Source of the DNA: an uncultured Clostridia bacterium
Lineage (GTDB): Bacteria > Bacillota > Clostridia > TANB77 > CAG-508
Assembly: GCA_944389475.1 (NCBI GenBank)
Contig: CALXMM010000006.1
Coordinates: 6,755 to 70,754, forward strand
Length of the DNA stretch: 64,000 nucleotides
Reading direction: 5' to 3'
The notes beneath the pieces were generated by a model, which saw only the letters and a program-made list of their open reading frames with translations, was not told the DNA's origin and did no database searches. The translations under genes and the position numbers were made by a program. This document shows, piece after piece, positions 59,793-64,000 of this stretch. Position 1 is the stretch's first letter; each line of letters starts with the position of its first letter.

Positions 59793-61349
59793 TTATTTAT
59801 TTTTCTTATTTTGTTCAATTTTTTCTATAAAATTTTCTATAAACTCTTCCTCTTTGTCCTTGTTCATATTTTTTAACATTTCTCTGTTCCTTATTTTTAC
59901 ATCTTCAGTATTTTTTATAGCATCTATACGATTACCATATCTGTCTAAAAATTTACTTTTTCTATGTTTAGGAACTGTTTCCTTTTTCTTTCTTTTTGGT
60001 TTATTTTTTATTTTATTATAATGCTTTTCGTATGCTAATTTTGATTGCAATAATAAATATTGTGGGTCAGATTGTTTATCTCTAAATTTTAAATCATCAC
60101 ATATCAATTCAGAAATAGCACGTGCAACTAAATCTGGGTTATGTCTTATATATCCATTTTCTACACAAGCTAAATCTCTTTGTATTAATCTTACTCCCAT
60201 ACTCTTAGCTTTTTGAATATCTGCTTCTACTAATTCTGCTCCTTTTAAGTTATATCTTTTTATGTATTCAGGAATTATTTCTCCGGTATCATAAATGCAA
60301 TAATCCATAACATTTTTTCCTGTATGTTCCATTATTGCCTTAATATGGTCTGATAATTTATACCCTTCAGTTTGTCCTGGTTCTGTCATTATATTACTAA
60401 TATAAACTTTTATTGCCTTACTTTCTTTCATAGCTTTATAAACACCATTTACCAATAAATTAGGTATTACATTTGTATACAAACTTCCTGGTGCAATTAC
60501 TATACAATCAGCTTCTTTTATTGCTTGTATAACATCAGGTGTAGCTCTACAGTTTGGTGGTGAAATAAAGACTCTATTAATTTTTGTAATTTTATCATAA
60601 GTAATTTTGCTTATCTTATCTTTTTCTTCTATAATCATGCCATTTTCAAGTTCTGCACATATCCTCATTTCATCATTTGTAATAGGTAGAATTTTTCCTA
60701 TTATATCAAATATTTCATCAAAATTAGATATTGCTTCTGTAAAATCTTTAGATATATCTTGTAATGTGGCAAAAAGTAAATCACTAAAAGTTATATCTTT
60801 TAAATCTCCACTTTTAAATTTATAGTTTACTAATTTATTTGCTAATTCTTCATTCTTAGCTAAAGCAATTATAGTATTTTTTATATCCTCTGTAGGCATG
60901 GAATTTATGCTATTATCTCTAATTTGTCCATATGCGGATACTGTTACAATTGCTGTTATATTATCCGTATATTTTTTTAATCCTTTTGCAACAGTTTCCA
61001 TACCATTTCCAGAACCTATTACAACAATTTTTGGACCTTCAGAATAAATTTTCTTATTAAATATTAGAGAATTTATATTTACATGTTTTCTATTATTCTT
61101 AACCCTTGAATCTGTAGATTCTATAATCATTTCCATAGTTCTTTTTTGCATGAACACAATTCCTATTACAATGCATGTAAAGCCTATAATAAATGATAAA
61201 ATAATTAAAAATAATTGTGATATTTCTAATTCTTCCTTTACAATTATAGAAGATATTCCATAACAAGCAAATACAATACCCACTAATATAAGAAATATCC
61301 ATCTTTTTATTCTTGCATTTGGTCTAAACCATTCTATAAATCCTTTCAT
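59793..61349 (-). CDS. yvcK: YvcK/GlmR-like protein with N-terminal membrane segments
   Basis: KIVVIG, AIKEAD..PGSLYT.V.PNLL, NIMTEPGQT.GY, RHNP. Confidence 0.85.
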   Translation of the reverse strand: MKGFIEWFRPNARIKRWIFLILVGIVFACYGISSIIVKEELEISQLFLIILSFIIGFTCIVIGIVFMQKRTMEMIIESTDSRVKNNRKHVNINSLIFNKKIYSEGPKIVVIGSGNGMETVAKGLKKYTDNITAIVTVSAYGQIRDNSINSMPTEDIKNTIIALAKNEELANKLVNYKFKSGDLKDITFSDLLFATLQDISKDFTEAISNFDEIFDIIGKILPITNDEMRICAELENGMIIEEKDKISKITYDKITKINRVFISPPNCRATPDVIQAIKEADCIVIAPGSLYTNVIPNLLVNGVYKAMKESKAIKVYISNIMTEPGQTEGYKLSDHIKAIMEHTGKNVMDYCIYDTGEIIPEYIKRYNLKGAELVEADIQKAKSMGVRLIQRDLACVENGYIRHNPDLVARAISELICDDLKFRDKQSDPQYLLLQSKLAYEKHYNKIKNKPKRKKKETVPKHRKSKFLDRYGNRIDAIKNTEDVKIRNREMLKNMNKDKEEEFIENFIEKIEQNKKNK

Positions 61350-61395
61350 TTTAATTTAATACATCCTTTCGAGACTAACTTAATATTTAAGTTAG

Positions 61396-62331
61396 CTAGT
61401 TTTCTAAATCTTCCCCTATGACTTGTACTTCTAATTCAATTTTCTTGCCAAATTTTTCATAGATTTTTTCACTAATGTATCTCGTTAAATTTAATATATC
61501 TTTTGCTTTTGCATTTCCTTTATTTATAACAAAACCTGCATGTTTTGTTGACACTTCTGCTCCACCTATATTATAACCTTTAAGTCCACATTCATCAATA
61601 AGTTTAGCAGTAATAAAATCTTTTCCTCTTTTAAATGTACTTCCAGCAGATGGATATTCCAATGGTTGGTGTTCTTTTCTCCATTTTGTATACTCATCCA
61701 TCTTTCCTTTTATTTCTCTATAAATTCCATGTTTTAATTTCAATTTAGTGCTTAGTACAATATACTTATTTGTACTAAAAATACTATTTCTATATTCAAA
61801 TTTTTGCTCTGCATTTGATAACACTTTTATATTTCCATCCAAATCCATGCATTTGGTTTCTAGAACAATATCCTTCATTTCTCCACTATGTGCTCCTGCA
61901 TTCATTCTTATTGCTCCACCAATAGAACCCGGTATGCCTGCTGCAAATTCGAATCCCTCAATTTCATCTATTAATAATTTTTGTGCAACATAACCATTTT
62001 TTACTCCTGCACCTACGGTAATTATGTACTCTTTATCTGGGTTTTCAGCTATGTAAAATTCATCTATACCTATTTTTAGAACAATTCCTCTTACTCCACC
62101 ATCTTTTACTAGTAAATTACTTCCATTACCAATAACAGTTAAAGGTATTTCATTTTTTACAGAATAATTTAATATGTTTTTTACATCATATTGTGTTGCT
62201 GCTATTACAAATATGTCTGCAGGACCACCAACTTTAAAAGAAGTATGCTTAGACATTAGCTCATTCTCATAAATTTTAGAATCTTTAGATATACATTTTT
62301 CTAATTCTTTGGAAACTTTTTCTATATTCAA
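61396..62331 (-). CDS. murB: UDP-N-acetylenolpyruvoylglucosamine reductase (TTG start)
   Basis: HTSFKVGGPA, GNGSNLL, GIPGSIGG..MNAGA, PSAGSTFKR, HAGFVIN. Confidence 0.97.
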   Translation of the reverse strand: MNIEKVSKELEKCISKDSKIYENELMSKHTSFKVGGPADIFVIAATQYDVKNILNYSVKNEIPLTVIGNGSNLLVKDGGVRGIVLKIGIDEFYIAENPDKEYIITVGAGVKNGYVAQKLLIDEIEGFEFAAGIPGSIGGAIRMNAGAHSGEMKDIVLETKCMDLDGNIKVLSNAEQKFEYRNSIFSTNKYIVLSTKLKLKHGIYREIKGKMDEYTKWRKEHQPLEYPSAGSTFKRGKDFITAKLIDECGLKGYNIGGAEVSTKHAGFVINKGNAKAKDILNLTRYISEKIYEKFGKKIELEVQVIGEDLEN

Positions 62332-62332
62332 A

Positions 62333-63175
62333 TTAGTCCCTCTCCTTTAAATATTTTATAACTTCATCAATACTTTCCTTAGGTGTGGAAGCTCCTGCCA
62401 TAACACCTATTTTATTTATATTTTTTAAATCTTCATTGTACAATTCTTGCACAGTTTCTATTTTGATTGCTTTTTTACAATATTTTTTGGAAATTTCATA
62501 TAATTTATTTGTATTAGAACTTTTCTTTCCACCAATTATAATCATATAATCCACTTGTTTTGCAATTTCTTCTGTTTCCTTTTGTCTATTTTCTGTAGCA
62601 TTGCAAATACTATTATAAACTTCATTTTCAGTAGTTAAGTTCTCTTTAAGATATTTTTCTATCTCAGAAAATTTTTGTAAATTATATGTTGTTTGCGTTA
62701 TTACTGCTACCTTTTCTTGTTTATTTAAATAATCGATTCTTTGCTTTAATTCATCTAGATTTTCTATTATTTCACCTTGTTTGCAAAAACTAAATGTTCC
62801 TAAAACCTCTGCATGCTTTCTTTCTCCAAATAAGACTACATAATAACCTTTTTTAGATAATTCTTCAGCCAAATTATGAACTCTTAAAACTTTTGGACAA
62901 GTACAATCCACTAATTCTATGCCATTTTCCTTAGCATAATCATAAACATCTTTTTTTACTCCATGAGCTCTAATAATTACTTTTTGTTTAGCCTCTTTAA
63001 TATCATTTATTACAACTAAACCTTTATTTTTTAATTTTTCCAATACTTGGTCATTATGCAATAAGTCTCCGAGACATTCTACCTTGTCTGACTTATCTAA
63101 CTCCTTATTTGTTTTATCTAAAGCTAATGTAATTCCTGTACAAAAGCCTGCAGTTTTACCCAATATTATTTCCAT
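62333..63175 (-). CDS. ispH: 4-hydroxy-3-methylbut-2-enyl diphosphate reductase
   Basis: AGFC, HN, RAHG, DCTCPKV, HAEV, QTT, ICNAT, SSN, AGASTP. Confidence 0.96.
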   Translation of the reverse strand: MEIILGKTAGFCTGITLALDKTNKELDKSDKVECLGDLLHNDQVLEKLKNKGLVVINDIKEAKQKVIIRAHGVKKDVYDYAKENGIELVDCTCPKVLRVHNLAEELSKKGYYVVLFGERKHAEVLGTFSFCKQGEIIENLDELKQRIDYLNKQEKVAVITQTTYNLQKFSEIEKYLKENLTTENEVYNSICNATENRQKETEEIAKQVDYMIIIGGKKSSNTNKLYEISKKYCKKAIKIETVQELYNEDLKNINKIGVMAGASTPKESIDEVIKYLKERD

Positions 63176-63290
63176 TTATATATCACCTATATTAATTTAT
63201 GCTTTCTTAGGTTGCATTATATCATATATTTTATAAATCTGTAAATTCAATTTAACATAACTTTAAAAATTTATTGCTTTTTTACATAAA

Positions 63291-63330
63291 AAAACAGTCA
63301 AATGAGTTTTTATTTTCATTTGACTGTTTT
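63291..63330. terminator. Intrinsic terminator after dnaJ
   Basis: AAAACAGTCAAATGA...TCATTTGACTGTTTT. Confidence 0.8.
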
Positions 63331-63396
63331 TGAACAATACCTAAAAGTTTTTGGTAAACATAAAATTCGAACTTTAAGGTCCGTCCCTCGTGTTCA
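63331..63396. repeat. REP/BIME-like element, copy 4 (whole element reversed, one arm internally deleted)
   Basis: TGAACAATACCTAAAAGTTTT + TGGTAAACATAAAATT + CGAACTTTAAGGTCCGTCCCTCGTGTTCA, abutting the dnaJ stop. Confidence 0.8.
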
Positions 63397-64000
63397 CTAT
63401 CCGAATAAACCTCTCTTCTTTACTGGGGGTTGTTCGTTCATAGTTTTTGCTAATTGTGTGAACAAGTCTCTTTGTTCTTTTGTTAATCTTTTTGGTGTTT
63501 GTACATTTACTGTGAATATATAATCTCCTTGCCAATTTCCATTTAATGCTTTAAATCCTTTATTTCGTATATTGAATTTTGTTCCTGTTTGTGTTCCTTC
63601 AGGTATTTTGTATTTTACTTTTTCTCCATCTACCATTGGAATTTCTAGCTCTGCTCCAAGTGTGGCTTGAGTCATAGTTATTGGAATGTCGCATAATACA
63701 TTGCTTCCATCTCTTTTAAATATGCTATGTCTTTTTACATGCACTGTTAAATGCATATCTCCTTTTTCTCCGCCTCTTTCACCTGGCTCTCCTTCTCCTC
63801 TTAATATAAGTGTTTCGCCTTCAGCTATTCCGGCTGGAATATTTATAGTAACTTTTGCTTGTTTTCTTACAGTTCCTTTTCCTCTACATGTTGTACATGG
63901 TTCTTTTATAATTTGACCAGTTCCATGGCATTCTGAACAAGTTCTAGTTGTTTGCATTTGTCCTAAAATTGTATTTTGAACTTGTGTTACTTGACCAGTT
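63397..64000 (-). CDS. dnaJ: Chaperone DnaJ, C-terminal part (the start lies beyond the window)
   Basis: CSECHGTG and CTTCRGKG zinc-finger repeats, GEGEPG..GD, IPEGTQTG; the frame stays open past 63957 to the edge. Confidence 0.96.
   Translation of the reverse strand, partial: TGQVTQVQNTILGQMQTTRTCSECHGTGQIIKEPCTTCRGKGTVRKQAKVTINIPAGIAEGETLILRGEGEPGERGGEKGDMHLTVHVKRHSIFKRDGSNVLCDIPITMTQATLGAELEIPMVDGEKVKYKIPEGTQTGTKFNIRNKGFKALNGNWQGDYIFTVNVQTPKRLTKEQRDLFTQLAKTMNEQPPVKKRGLFG

Noticed and set aside
31550-63396. 29-bp palindromic repeats as a CRISPR array
   Set aside because: The copies are dispersed inverted pairs with an 18-bp related core, not direct repeats with unique spacers, and no cas genes are present.
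1175-63916. The many short antisense or alternate-frame ORFs in the track (for example 3231, 13128, 20417, 39971, 53227)
   Set aside because: They overlap well-supported genes on the opposite strand or in another frame and have no recognisable motifs.

Overview
AT-rich (roughly 25-30% GC by eye) chromosomal segment of a spore-forming, low-GC Clostridia-like Firmicute, with nearly all genes on the minus strand. Bases 1-7.3 kb are accessory: an HgaI-type C5 DNA methyltransferase (cut by the window edge), a macro / PIN-GNAT-ASCH / ASCH operon, a QueL-like radical SAM gene, two GNATs, an unannotated Ham1 pseudogene and a MazG fusion. The rest is mostly core: folA-thyA, fabH-D-G-F-accB-fabZ-accC, the rimP-nusA-infB-rbfA-nrnA-truB operon, addA, pepF, an ABC pair, a small alarmone synthetase, ldh, typA, rpsA, plsC, cmk, pgi, glycogen genes, ytxC, gpr, holA, ruvC, yvcK, murB, ispH and dnaJ (partial). 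Three observations stand out. (1) Two tandem GC-anomalous orphan cassettes at 17.0-18.4 kb share a promoter, leader and terminator, and their 5' and 3' UTRs can fold into the same three-way junction around the ORF; a possible relative with different cargo lies at 27.6-27.9 kb. (2) The macro / PIN-GNAT-ASCH / ASCH operon next to the methyltransferase is a candidate defence or nucleic-acid modification system. (3) A 76-bp REP/BIME-like element occurs four times at gene ends, and one copy has its 18-bp core inverted relative to its arms. No tRNA, rRNA, CRISPR array or transposase was seen. Family assignments come from motifs and my recall of the families, not from database searches.
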